From contig NC_092350.1 in assembly GCF_963676685.1 (NCBI RefSeq), forward strand, positions 26,846,001 to 26,910,000: a stretch of DNA of 64,000 nucleotides, read 5' to 3'. A program made the position numbers and the translations under genes. The number at the start of each line of letters is the position of its first letter. The stretch's first letter is position 1. The stretch comes from Mytilus edulis (Eukaryota). This document shows, piece by piece, positions 26,101-38,427 of the stretch. The notes under the pieces were generated by a model. It saw nothing but the letters and a program-made list of their open reading frames with translations, was not told the origin of the DNA and did no database searches.

Positions 26101-26630
26101 AACCTCGAATCTAAAACAGCTTCAATACAAAAACAGCCAGTAAATAACACTAAGTTATATCGACTTAATTGAAGCTTTAAGTTATTATGTACAAAATATG
26201 AATGTTCTTGTTTGGATAATTATATCTAAAGAAAATGTTATAAAAATGTCCATATCTATTATAAGACTACTTGAAAAACAAAGTTTAACCTTCTTGGACT
26301 TGTTTGGCTTGATAAATATTTTGATATGAGCGTCACTGATGAGTCTTATGTAGACGAAACGCGCGTCTGGCGTACTAAATTATAATCCTGGTACCTTTGA
26401 TAACTATTTCATAAATGAAACATTTTATTTCGATGATATTTTATAACATGAACCAAATTTGCGAACTTCGGGCATTATAATACCAATGAATAATCCTAGA
26501 TTTCTATTTGATATGTTAATTTTTTTATAATTGCAGTGATTGTGCAAAAAAGACACCATCAAAAGAAGCACTTAATGATGAAAACGCAAAACGCCTTTGG
26601 GAGCTTTCTGAAAAAATGGTTGGCCTTTAA
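17197..26630 (+). CDS. Retinol dehydrogenase 11/12/13-like SDR, paralog A, 7 coding exons, 329 aa
   Basis: Exons 17197-17278, 17694-17837, 19963-20154, 22591-22749, 24553-24672, 25653-25851, 26537-26630. All introns GT-AG, phases consistent, total 990 nt. Motifs: N-terminal membrane anchor, [12 protein letters not shown] (NADP-type), [37 protein letters not shown]-terminal [14 protein letters not shown]. Confidence 0.93.
19282..19355. repeat. 24-bp tandem repeat x3 (ACACATGTATTGGAACCTCTTTGC)
   Basis: Direct reading; lies in RDH-A intron 2. Confidence 0.9.
20426..22067 (-). mobile_element. Non-autonomous Helentron (HINE/DINE-1-like) with ~2.5-3 internal ~510-bp tandem units
   Basis: Minus strand: TTTTTAGCTCACCTGGCCCGAAGGGCCAAGTGAGC (subterminal IR and hairpin), (GTC)n microsatellite, tandem core (marker tctgaaattt.cagggcagatagatc at ~20681, ~21190, ~21701), 3' GGTGAGCG, hairpin AGGCTCtttaGAGCCT, then CTAG. 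Inserted into a T run with no evident TSD. Confidence 0.8.
26330..26373 (+). ncRNA. Minimal type I hammerhead ribozyme (intact), sense strand of RDH-A intron 6
   Basis: GCGTCA-CTGATGA-GTCT(tatgt)AGAC-GAAA-CGCGCG-TC-TGGCGT. Conserved core CUGAUGA/GAAA/UH, 4-bp stem II, palindromic stem III, stem I GCGTCA pairs with TGGCGT. Predicted cleavage after C26367. Confidence 0.85.
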
Positions 26631-28752
26631 CAATGACACAAACTTGATGGTAATTAAAGACATAACATGCCAGGACAGAACAGCCATCAGCCAAAGGGAA
26701 ACACAACCAGAAGTACGACCATTTTTAAGGAATACTATTTAGAATACATAATGCATAAAACTAAACCCACAAAGGTTGTAAACCAGAACAATGCTACCTC
26801 ATTTTTACTTTTGTATGAATGATACATATAATAAATTCATTTTGAACTAAAGAAGACTGATTTAGAATGTTTCATTTTAAAATTTCTATTTTGCTTTTAT
26901 GTTAACAGTTACATGTAACAAGACAACAAATTTTCTGCAAACTATCGAAGTTTGAGTCTGTAAGAAGGATACTTAAAGGTGTTTTTTTTAAGTTTTTATA
27001 AAGACTGTATTGTATATTGGAAACTCCTTTAGACTAAAAAGTCAAGCATTTGAAGGTATTTAAAATCAAATTATTGTTAAATCTATAAAGGGATACATGA
27101 AATTTTATTGTAGGTCGAGAGGCAGGAAACAGCATTATATCGTTTGTTTTGAACAACTTTGCATCTTAGTAAATAAAGAGCATAGATACTACTGGTGATG
27201 ATAGTTCGAATGCTATTCCATATTTCTTTTTGAAATATTGTTAAGTAACACAGAAGGCAGTATAATAGTACTTTGACATACACCTCATTTATAGCATACA
27301 ATTGTACAATGAAGTTTCAAAAACTTTATAATCAAGACACCAAAAACGTTGATAAAGAAAAAAACAAGAGGCACCCACCAGCCCAAGAGCTCATCTTGTA
27401 AATAAATACAATTTTTATATTTATTTTACTTACAAATTATTATTTCGGGTTTGTTGATTGTTTATAGATATCATTGTGCTTGATATCTATGCCACTTCTT
27501 ACGTTTCTCGATCTTGTTTTTTTGAAAATGCAAACATAGGATAATAACTCCAATTAAACGTTTACTGCCGATTTCGGCCTATTGATTTGATTGTAGATCT
27601 TATTTTGCTGAACATTTGTGGCGTTTACAGTTTTTCTCTGTCTTTTATGTGTTTTTTTTTAGTAATAATGGGTACACATCACCTTTCATAGGCAATAGCT
27701 CGTATGTGAAGATGTTATTGTGATGATATATTTTTTCTCGGCATTATTATAGTTTGCATAAAAAAACTCATAAAAATTGGATACACATGTCTGTTGAGGG
27801 CTTTTACTCCAATAAAGGGTATATCGACAATTTCATAACGGTATGATGACGATGATGATGACGACACATAATTCTGACTCAGGTCGTTCAAGTCTTTGTT
27901 TTTACACTATAATTCAGTGTTCAGCGCGAAGAAGCACCATCTGATTTGATTCGACATGAGTTGAAAGCCATCAATAAATTTAACGGTCGCGAGTAAACCC
28001 AAATCTCTGACACACGGCTAATAACTTTTTGCGTCATATTAGTGTTTTGATATATACGACTAATCAGTGGTGTGCAATTTAAATCAGTTGAAATGCTAAA
28101 TATCTAGCCGAAGAGCATTGAAAACCACAAATTTCGAAAACTCAGCCGTGTGCTCAATAATTGAGTCGGGGTTTTCGTTACTACACATTACGATAACCAT
28201 TTCTAAATTCTTTAAGCTGCTGGTGTTGTCACCTTGTCCAAACATGACATGACGTCTTTATCTTTATGGCGACATTGTTTTAATTAGAGTCTGTGAATTA
28301 AGATTCAAATTTCTTTTCATTTGAATTGCCTTACACATTGTTTAACTTTATAGGTCCTTTTAACAATTTCTGTACGGTTTTGGTTTTGCGAATGGTTGAA
28401 TGTCATGTGGTGACCTAAATTTGCTTACGATAGCGACCCGTTGTCTCTGGTTGATAGCTGTCTCATTGGTTATTATACCACATCTAATTCTTAATTTTAT
28501 ATTGTAAGTAACAGGTTGCTAGTTAGTTCTAGAATTGATTCACACATGCGTATACTTAAGCTGACAATGGGGTATATTATAAAATAACAAACCAACAGGT
28601 CATATTGGTTTGAAATATTGAACATAAATTATATCCAATAACAAGAACAAATCAAGCTTTATGTACAACTTTATATTTGCCATCGCTGCATTCATCTACA
28701 ATATATAATGCGCTTGTATCAGTACAATTATTCATAATTATTTCTATCTTTG

Positions 28753-31700
28753 TTATGTATGTTTTGTAGTGTTTTGGTCAAGTTTCTCGACCAATTTTAT
28801 ACTTCTATTATTTTTGGCAATATCGAGAGCTGTCAGTCCCGATTCATTTTTAAGATTTACATCAGCGTTGTTTTCCAACATTAAATTCACTAAGTCTTCT
28901 CTATTTTTATCACATGATATATGAAGGGGTGTAACTTTATCGAAAGTACTTTTATTAACATCAGCGCCATATTGTAGCAGCAATTCTGCAACATTTTTAT
29001 GGCCATTGAAACAGGAAACATACAGGGGTGTTAAACCACCAACCATGGAAAGGTTAATATCTGCATTATGATCTAGGAGAATTTTCACAACCTCTTCATT
29101 GCCATTATAACTTGAAATATAAAGAGGCGTCGATGACTTTTCAGTTGCAAGATTAACATCAGGGCGATATTTGAACAACAGTTCAATTACTTCAAGATTA
29201 CCATCTTGACATGCCATATACAGAGGGGTCATGCCAACATTGTTTTGGGTATTGATATCAGCTCCGTATCTTAATAAGTATTCGGCTAAATCATAGTATC
29301 CATTATCGCATGCGACATTAAGAGGTGTCAACCCTGCAACTGACCGATGATTAATATCTGCATCTTTTTCTAGGAGGTATTGAACGGTGGCTATGTCATT
29401 TTGTTTACATGCAGCGTATAGTGGAGTAAAGCCTTCTTTAGTTTCAATATCCACATCAGCATCATTTTTAACACTGTTGATCATGATATCTAACACATCC
29501 ATGTGTCCACAAGTACTAGCCAGGTACAGTGGTGTAATGCCCGTGTCATCGCTTTCTGTCAAGTTTGCTTTATACTCTAAGAGCAAGTCTACTATGTCCT
29601 TGTGGTTGTTCTGGCATGCAATATGTAAAGGAGTATATCCTTTATTTGTTTTTATATTGACATCAGCATTGCGTTTAAGTAGAAATTCGACTGCATCTTT
29701 ATGATTGTGTTCACATGCTACATACAATGGTGTGGCTCCAATATCATCGGTAACGTTTATTTCGGCTTTATATCTCAACAATAATTCAGCAACTCTGCGA
29801 TGACCTTGATGTGCTGCAATATATAAGGGAGTAAAACCACCTTGCCGCTTTTGGTTTACATCAGCATGGTTATTCAATAGAAGCTTCACAACTAGATCAT
29901 GTCCTTCCATAGAGGATATAAATAATGGCGAACTTCCTTTAGTACGACAAAGGTTCACATCAGCGTCATTATTTAGAAGTAAGGATACGACTCCTTCGTG
30001 ACCATTCTCAGAAGCAACATACAACGGTGTGCATCCATTGGGTAAACATTGGTTGATATTAGCATGGTAACATAGCAGTAGTTCTACAATTGGGGTATGT
30101 CCATTATTGCATACTATATGAAGAGGAGTGTCCCCTTTTTCAACTACATGATTAACAAAAGCAAAATGTTCGAGAAGCATGTGTACGACATGTGTATGAC
30201 CATTACGACACGCAATATAAAGCGGTGATAAACCACCTTTTTTTGTCTGATTGACATCTGCTTTGTTTTTCAGTAATAACGCTGCAATAGCTGTATGTCC
30301 ATTTTCACATGCGATATAAAGCGGAGTATAACCGAAGTCTGCAGCTAAATTTACTTCTGCATTGTTCTTAAGAAGTAACTGAACATCTTCTAAGTATCCT
30401 TTATGACAAGCCATGTACAGGGCAGTTACACCACTCTTCGTTATTTTATTAATGTCGGCATTATTGTTAAGCAAATGTGAAACGACAGCTAAGTGGCCAT
30501 TATATGATGATATGTGTAATGGCGTAACTCCGTCCTCATTTTCCTGATTTACTTCGATTCCGTGTCTCAGTAGCCAGTCTACAACGTTTATATGTCCGCT
30601 TTCACAGGCACTATACAACTGCCCAAAACCGGTTGTACTATGGACAGAAGTATTAGATTGCTCATTGTGCAGTACATCGATAACATCTGTATGTTTATTC
30701 ATGCTTGCAGCATAAAAAGGTGTGTAACCTTCATCTGTAGCCTGGTTTATATTAGCATACTTCGTTAATAGAAATTTGACTAGCAATGTATGACCTCGTT
30801 CAGACGCAATATAAATAGGCGTAACCCCACCGCTCATTGTTTGATTAACATTGGCAAAGTTGACCAATAAAATGTCTGTAATATGCTTGTTTCCGTTGTA
30901 GCATGCAACGTGTAGGGGCGTGACTCCTTTGTCAGTAGTTTTGTTAGTATCTGCTTTCTTGTTCATTAACATTTCAACTAGATCTGAATTTTGATGAAAA
31001 CAAGAGACATGCAATGGAGTTGCACCAGCACGTGTAGGCTGATCAACATTTGCGCCTTTCTCCAATAAAATCCGTGCTATTTCCTTGTTCTGTTTCTTGC
31101 ATGCGATAAACAATGGAGTGATTCCTTCCTTTTGAGGTTGATTAACGTCTCCATAATGTTCTATTAAATTCTCTACAATATCAAGATGACTTTGTTTACA
31201 TGCGGCATATATTGGCGTCTCTTCAGTAATTGTTTCTTGGTTGACGTCTGTGTGATTCTTCAACAGTAGTTTTACAATATCTTGATGTCCAGAGTAGCTT
31301 GCAGCCCACAGAGACGTTTTTCCATTGCTTGAGATGCCACTGGACAAATTTCTACCTTGCGTTGTAACGAAAAATTCTACAATGTCATAGTAACCTAACT
31401 TGGAGGCCACATATACTGAATCAATGTTATGTGTATGTATGTCCATCATTTTAGAGGTTTTTGATAAATATGATATAAAATGCTTCCTAAAAGATTCATT
31501 TGTCATCTGAAGACAGGAGAACACATCCCAAGATTTTCCTTCCTTCAAATCCTTAATCATCCGTTCCACAAAGCTTTTGTCATGATTGAAGTCTATCGTT
31601 ATGCCTACTCTTTCACAAAGGGGAACAGCAAACGTGCATAAAACTACTCTACTATAAACGACATCAGAATCACCGTATTTGAGAATGCAGTCGGTATGTT

Positions 31701-34700
31701 TTTCGCCAAAGTACCGACAAAGAACTTCAAACATTTTGATATGAGAAACCGTGTACTCTTTCTTCGATTCTTGAATAAATAAACCTTTAAGGTTTTTTAT
31801 ACCATGTATAATATAACTTGAGAAAGACGGCATGGTCGTAGATGTTGTTTTAAAGCACATCTGAAATATGCTTTGCATCTTTGCTTTGTTTTCGGTATTG
31901 GTAATGTACTCTCTTTTTATTTTATTGTTCAGTAGAATTAAGAGAAGCATGAAAAAGTAGCAGTACTCATCATTCTTGTATAGCGCATTCATATATTTTA
32001 CTATATTTTCATACGGACTTCTAATAAAATCTATTTCCATAGATGTATCTCTTTTTTGATGAAAGAGTCTACATATAAGAGGGAAATAATCTACCGGAAG
32101 AGCTTTGCCGAACATTTTGTCTAACTCCATACGCTGATTATATGAATTCCAAATCAGCTGAAATTCATTCAGGCTAAGCGACAACTCATCACTTGACATG
32201 TTACATTCAATTGCTCCTAAGTTTAATAAAATATTTCTAGCATTCTTGTTCCCATACACGTTTGAGTGTATAGTGATGACAAATTTTGAATCCGGACAAT
32301 CTCTTAATTCTGATATGATTGCATCTCCAGAGTCTTCCCAAAGTTCTAGCATAGAAAGATTCATATTACAAATACCAAAAATATCCTCAATAATATAAAA
32401 GTTCTTTCGTTCGTTTTGTTTGATATTCAAAATATCTTTTGGGTTTGTTACAGGTATAAGTTCAAAGCCATTTCGAAGGAATGACAAAGCATTGTGCTGA
32501 AGTGTGAATGACTTTCCTATCCCAGAATTCCCCACCAAAACAACAACCTTGTGATCTTGTATTGTTTGTGATATGGATTTGGTTGCTTTAGTTTCTACAA
32601 ATCTTGCATCTAGCGTTTTCCACTCTAATATTATATCTACAATGATATAGATTATAATTTTACTGAAGACATAGAACTATACATATGGAAAAAGATTTGT
32701 ACTTTAAATATGATTTAGAAAGCAGGTCCTAAGATGGGTTATTTGTTCAAAATGGTTTTTTTTTCGTCAAAGAGGTGTCTACATTAAAAAAGATATTACA
32801 GGGTATATCCTCAATAGTCCATTTACCGATTTGGTTCTGTTATTACACACTTTTTAAACAAATTACTTCCCTTTGTCAATCGTAGATTGGTTCCATACCG
32901 GACAAAAATGGTTTTTGCCAATGCAAAACATGATGAATTGAAAGTGATGTATCGGCGCTTTAACTAATTTTTCATGAAAAATAATTTCTGATGTCAAACG
33001 TATTTCGCTGAACAACAAATTAATGTAATTAAAAGATTTGAAAACCTTCAAGATTACTCACATTACACGCAGGAAAATTTGCTCTTTCTGCTAGCTCTCC
33101 ATTTAAAAAAAATTTATGTCCCTCATAAGGGAGACAGCTACGAGAAGGGATCTCTAATTACAGGGTCAATTACGGGAATTTGCAAATAGCCTATTAATCT
33201 TGAAAGTAAAAGTTGACAAATGAATTTTATAGCTTATTGATGCAGTGAATTGCATTGTTTTACGTTTTAGCATAACGGGGCCCTTTGTATCTTATTATAC
33301 GGTACTGGTTTTTGCTCATTGTCATAGACCGTACCTTCTTCCGTTATTATTCACAGCTTTGTCCTTTAGTCCCGTTGTGTAGTTGTCTTCTTGGAAAATG
33401 AAACCTCCCTCGGCCCCTTTATTATTTTCAAAGAAAAACAGGGGATGGTCAGAATCACAGAAGTGATCACAGAAACAATCGCGAACAAAAACTGTAGCTT
33501 ATATTGAAAACTAAAACCTGTAACCTGGTAAGAAAAATGTACGAACTCCCATATAACTCAAAAGTGGTCTCAATTTGTAGCTAAATACTGGTTTGAATAC
33601 GGTACAGGTATTTTTTAAGTATTATGCGTACATAATCAATTATAAATGAATTAGTAGATAATACCATGCATTTTGTTAGACAGCGAATCATCTCCACGGC
33701 TAACTTCATCCATTAAGTTCCTAATGTCTTCAATGATATATTCAAAATCTTTTCGCTTTAAAGTTTCGACTTTGCCACATATTACCATTAACTTTTCCAT
33801 TGTTTGATGAGGAATCTCAGGGTTGCTCATTATAGTTTTCCTCACGTCAATCAATTTAACCAGTAAACTAACGTAAACGGAATCTAAATCTGCTTTTTTG
33901 AAGACGTCACATTCATCTTTCGAAACTTTACCAGCAATATACTCAATAGCCTAAAAAATATATTGTAAGGTGAATATCTTTGCTTGTGTGGTTCATATAT
34001 GTTTTTTTATAATAAGGATTAGGCCGTTGATTTTCATGTTTGAATTGTTTTACACTAGTCATCTTGCAATGGGGTCCTTTAAAGCTTGCTGTTCGGTGTG
34101 AGCCATATATTCAATGGTGCTTGAAACTTTAATCGAATTCAATCTCATTTTTTAAAATTACAATTACAAGGACCAGAGGCGGATTTAGATGGGTCCCCTT
34201 ATCTGGGAAAAATTGGTTGATTATTTAAGGGAATCCCTGAAGCATGACCAGAGAGGGCCGCCTCTTAGGCAGTCAGTGGGCCTCATTTATAAAATTTTCA
34301 AGATCCGCCACTGAGGACGACCAAGAAAAACTCTAATGACAGGTGTTTTTGTGTTGTTTTTTTTTTTTGTTGTTTTGTATTTTTATATGTCCAGTCGCAC
34401 GTGCTGTAGTAAATTTTAGATGTACATGTACGTGTGTCGTGAAAATGATAAAAATCATACCACACTAATTACCTTTGTTATAGTTCCCCAGTGTCTTTCG
34501 AATTCATCTAATCTCATGGAAGTTTTGGCTTTACTGTTGATGTAATTATAGTAGTAGAAAATAGTAGACACACTTTTCTCAACAGAAGTATCTGGGTCTG
34601 GAGGCAACACGTTCTGGACTTTGATATATGTCAAATGCTGGATGAGAAGAAACTGGAGACTCAAGTCAAACGACGAGGATTTCACTTGAGAATTTCCTAA

Positions 34701-36112
34701 AACAAAAGAAGGATATGTTACATAAATGGAGATACGTTTACAATGTTTTCATCGTGCAGACGCAGAAAGAGCATACATTTGCTTTACTTACTTTCTGTGT
34801 AGCGTAGCAGACGCGACTATATTGGTGTTCTGGAACTAATTCATCGTGTTCAGCTTTAACCAAAATTTTAATTTCATTTGATAACTTCAAAAAACAATCG
34901 TTTGATTTGATCATGAACATTGATAAAACAAATAATTCGTATAATTTATAAACCATCGTATCAGGTTGAGTCCCCGTAATAAATCCGTTCAAAGGCAGAA
35001 CATTCTATTATATAAGGTTATATTTTGCATGAATATATTCATTATATACCAACTGAGGACCAGCTCCGGTTGCGTGATTTTCTCGCTGCGTTGAAGACCC
35101 ATTGGTGGCCTTCGGCTGTTGTATACTCTCCTGTCAGGTTGTTGTCTCATTCTCAACTTTATCATTGTATTCAATAATATTGTATAATAAAAATAAGAAG
35201 ATTTTGAATTTGCCAATGAGACCGCTATCCAAATCTACAACTGTAATAGTTTATCAAAGACCGATGCTACATCCTACTCAATTACCTGAAGGAGGAAACA
35301 TTACTTCTTCCCAGTGAAAGTTGAATATGACGTTCTTTTTAGTCAGATGTTGTAACACATGTTTGTATTGGTTAAGTCTGCTACACAACTGATCTGGCGG
35401 GAACTTCTTATCAAACAAAACTCTCATAGCCCTTGGAGCTAACCTTAACATGAGGTTTGTAAACTTAAGATAATACAGTTCCTCATCTGTTATAGTTGAC
35501 AATTCGAACCTTGAAAGAAAACGAAGGATAAAACATTTCAACATTAACCTTAACATCAAATATTGTATTTGTTTATATCTTGTTATAACAAAGCTGTTTA
35601 AAGCATTATCTATACTGTCTAGCGTTTTAGAATAACATAATATGATAACATTGCCACCTTTTATCTTTATGACTTTGTATTCTATTGTTATTCAATATAT
35701 TTTTTATATGATTATTTTGGATAAAATTTCAATAGCGTTCAAACTACAAAGTGATACTAGTATTATACAAAATGAATTTTGCGGGGTGACACAGTTAATT
35801 ATCATATACAATGATGATGTATACCTCCCATGGTAAAAACTGGCAAAGAAAAAAGGCAACTGACAGTACAACACTCCAAATTAAAAAAAACAACAGATCA
35901 TATATTGTCGTAGACAAATTCTGTTTAGAGGATCGCAACCTATGTTGTCCCCTAGAAGTCTAAAGTTTTTTTTGTCGTTGGTCAGCTGTCTCATCGACGG
36001 ATAACCAACATCTTTTATTCACAATCATTGTCTCTCTGTTGGTGTCCATGTTCATTAACTTACGGTGAATTTCCAATCACGTCTGGAGGAATTACGGGAA
36101 CATTTTCAATTT
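28753..36112 (-). CDS. HEPN(DZIP3-like) - helical linker - nSTAND3 P-loop NTPase - ~26-27 ankyrin repeat protein (NLR/STAND-like); 5' end unresolved
   Basis: Exons (minus strand): 36064-36112 (tentative), 35286-35509, 34473-34696, 33665-33950, 28753-32636; GT-AG and in phase. Exons 35286-35509 and 34473-34696 read like a DZIP3-type HEPN domain (EELYYLKFTNLMLRLAPRAMRVLFDKKFPP...SSSFDLSLQFLLIQHL...LPPDPDTS...FERHWGTITKAI). The last exon has EWKTLDARFVETKAT, Walker A GNSGIGKS, Walker B FYIIED, then 33-aa TPLxxAC ankyrin repeats to the stop. No in-frame ATG upstream of the HEPN was identified. Confidence 0.85.
34174..34313. mobile_element. Short MITE with 5-bp TSD
   Basis: TIRs CAGAGGCGGATTT / AGATCCGCCACTG, with AGGAC on both flanks (34169-34173, 34314-34318). 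A related fragment lies at ~63110-63210. Confidence 0.65.
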
Positions 36113-38427
36113 CTGTAATTGCATCTATATGATTTGTCCTGGTACCCATATTAATTTTCTGTCGAGTTATCAGAAATTAACCATCCTGTAATGGTATACA
36201 TCATTTATATTCAACATGCAAACACATTCACTATCAATTCATTGTTATGCTAATTGTTTCGAATATACATGTACACGTAGTAACGAAAGACTGTCATGGC
36301 CAAGAACGCATTTGTCAAAAATAAAAGTTTCTCATTGGGAAAGGGAGTATATTGTATGAAAGTTGTTTCGTAAGTTTCCTTATTCTTGACAAATATATTA
36401 CACTATGTTATTTTAAAACTAAACGACATATATTTTCGATAACAAAGGATCCTACTGTCGATTTCGATAGGGGTGAGGCGCATGATAAGACATTGGGGCG
36501 TTCTCCACCTCCCCTTTGATTGGCACCCCCTCTTATTTCAATTTACTTCATTTTTTTTCTGGTATTACTCCTCTTTCCAAAAATCATCGATCCGCCCCCA
36601 TGATTTCTAGATAAAAACAGACACCATTTTTAAATGTGAAGTTAAATAGTAATGGAACTCTGGTTCCTTTTCAGCCCTTTTAAGAAGATCTTCAATGTGA
36701 ATAGAGGAACAAGTTGGTGAGTAAAAGAACACGCACATTGGATGACAGGGATATGGAAATCAATCCTAGTTCTGTATTGTAGCTTTTTAACGCTTGTGTA
36801 TACTCGTATGTTTGTGTTCTATAACCGTTTTTAATTTTTTCAATTTCTTGTGTCGATTTAATGGAGTTGTACACACTCTTGTTTCAAAATCTTTATACTG
36901 CAGAATGCCTGTTTCTCCTTACAGACAGGACATTGCAGTAAAAGGTTTTTAAATATACAAATGTCGTCACTTTCATTTTATGTCGACTGCTTCCTTTTCG
37001 TTCAGAGGTCAGATGCCACTTCTTTTATTTTGTTCCTCTCAAAATCTATTACTAGTAATGAACTTTTTGAAATTTCCTTGTGAGAAGAAAATGAATAAGA
37101 TCTTACCAAATTTATACCGCTTTTCCTTTCTTTCAAGATTATATTAAAAAGCACTTACTTAAAAAGTCATACATCTGCGTCGAACATTAACAGTAAAACA
37201 TTTCCACGGTTGCTGACCAATAACAATGCAATGACCGTATTTGTTTGACAATTAAGAACAAAATCGACGATGTGCATAATTTTTTATTGTTTGTAATATT
37301 TTAAACGTCAGCGAATTATGTTTAAAAAATATCTTCACGACTGATTGATATAAAACAGTAATTGAAATTAATAAGAAATATCTAAAAATAAAATGTTAAT
37401 ACTAGATAAGTAATCAGTAGATACATAGTTTGTGATATCTTCGAACGTTGAGTGTTTATATTTTCAAGGAGAGAGCTATCTCATCTTTATACATTTGTAT
37501 GCTTAAAAGTTTAAAATTGCTCTTATTTGAATGAATAAGACAGTTCGACATCCTTTAATACCAATTGTTTTCGCTAGTAACAAACATAACATAAATACTA
37601 CAAACTATTTACAAAATATTCAGACTGACAATTTAAAAGGTGTTGATCCATCATGATATTTAAATTTTGAAAGAGATCTCCGGAGATTTTGAATTATATT
37701 TCTTGTAAAAAGTCTATGCATTTTGATATCATATTGAATGTTTCATAAGACCCCCCCCCCCCCCAAAAAAAAAAAAACCACCAACAGAAAGAAACACCAA
37801 CAAAAAAAAACACCTCCACCACCACCAACAACAACAAAAACAAACGAACAACAAAAAAACAAAAAACAAAAAAACTTACAAGAAACTAACAACAAAAAAA
37901 TAAACAAAAAAACAAAACAAACATTAACAAGTCATTTCTGCCATTGTGCAACATACGTTATTCCCTTTAAATGTATTTCATGGTTTAAACATCACATTCA
38001 ATTGACCTAAGCTAAGATAACATACCGTCTAGTTTCTTTAATTTTAAATACCACTATAAATACAAAATATTGGGGATTCTATTTAGATAGAGATAAAATA
38101 CCGAAGTAATCCAAGTAGAACGAACTAGTTATTTATAAATAAGGTAGAACGCATTCAAGTTAGCTACTAAAGCATTTTAATATTATCCCGCTTTTTATAA
38201 CCGTTTGAACCAATTAATGACAGTTGGAAGCCCTGATCAGACACTTGATAATTCGCCAATTAGTGAATATGTTCATCTCAACGACAAGGAGAGAGAGTCA
38301 GAGAGAAATAAAGTGTTTTTTCTTGTTTTTATTTTTATTTTATCAACAAATTGTTTGAAAAACCAAGGTTATTCCCCTTTGGACGGTAACATAATATATG
38401 TATAATGGTGTAATCTTGTGTGCAGCA

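Noticed and set aside
29387-29704. Antisense or overlapping ORFs inside the ankyrin, TLR, BTB and nAChR genes
   Set aside because: Shadow frames of real coding sequence with no recognisable motifs.
36692-36874. ORF as a possible first coding exon of the HEPN-STAND gene
   Set aside because: It has a GTG start, and I could not find a donor in the phase needed to join the 36112 exon; left unassigned.
37738-38010. Lys/Pro/Thr-rich 90-aa ORF
   Set aside because: Translation of low-complexity A/C-rich sequence; no splice or homology support.
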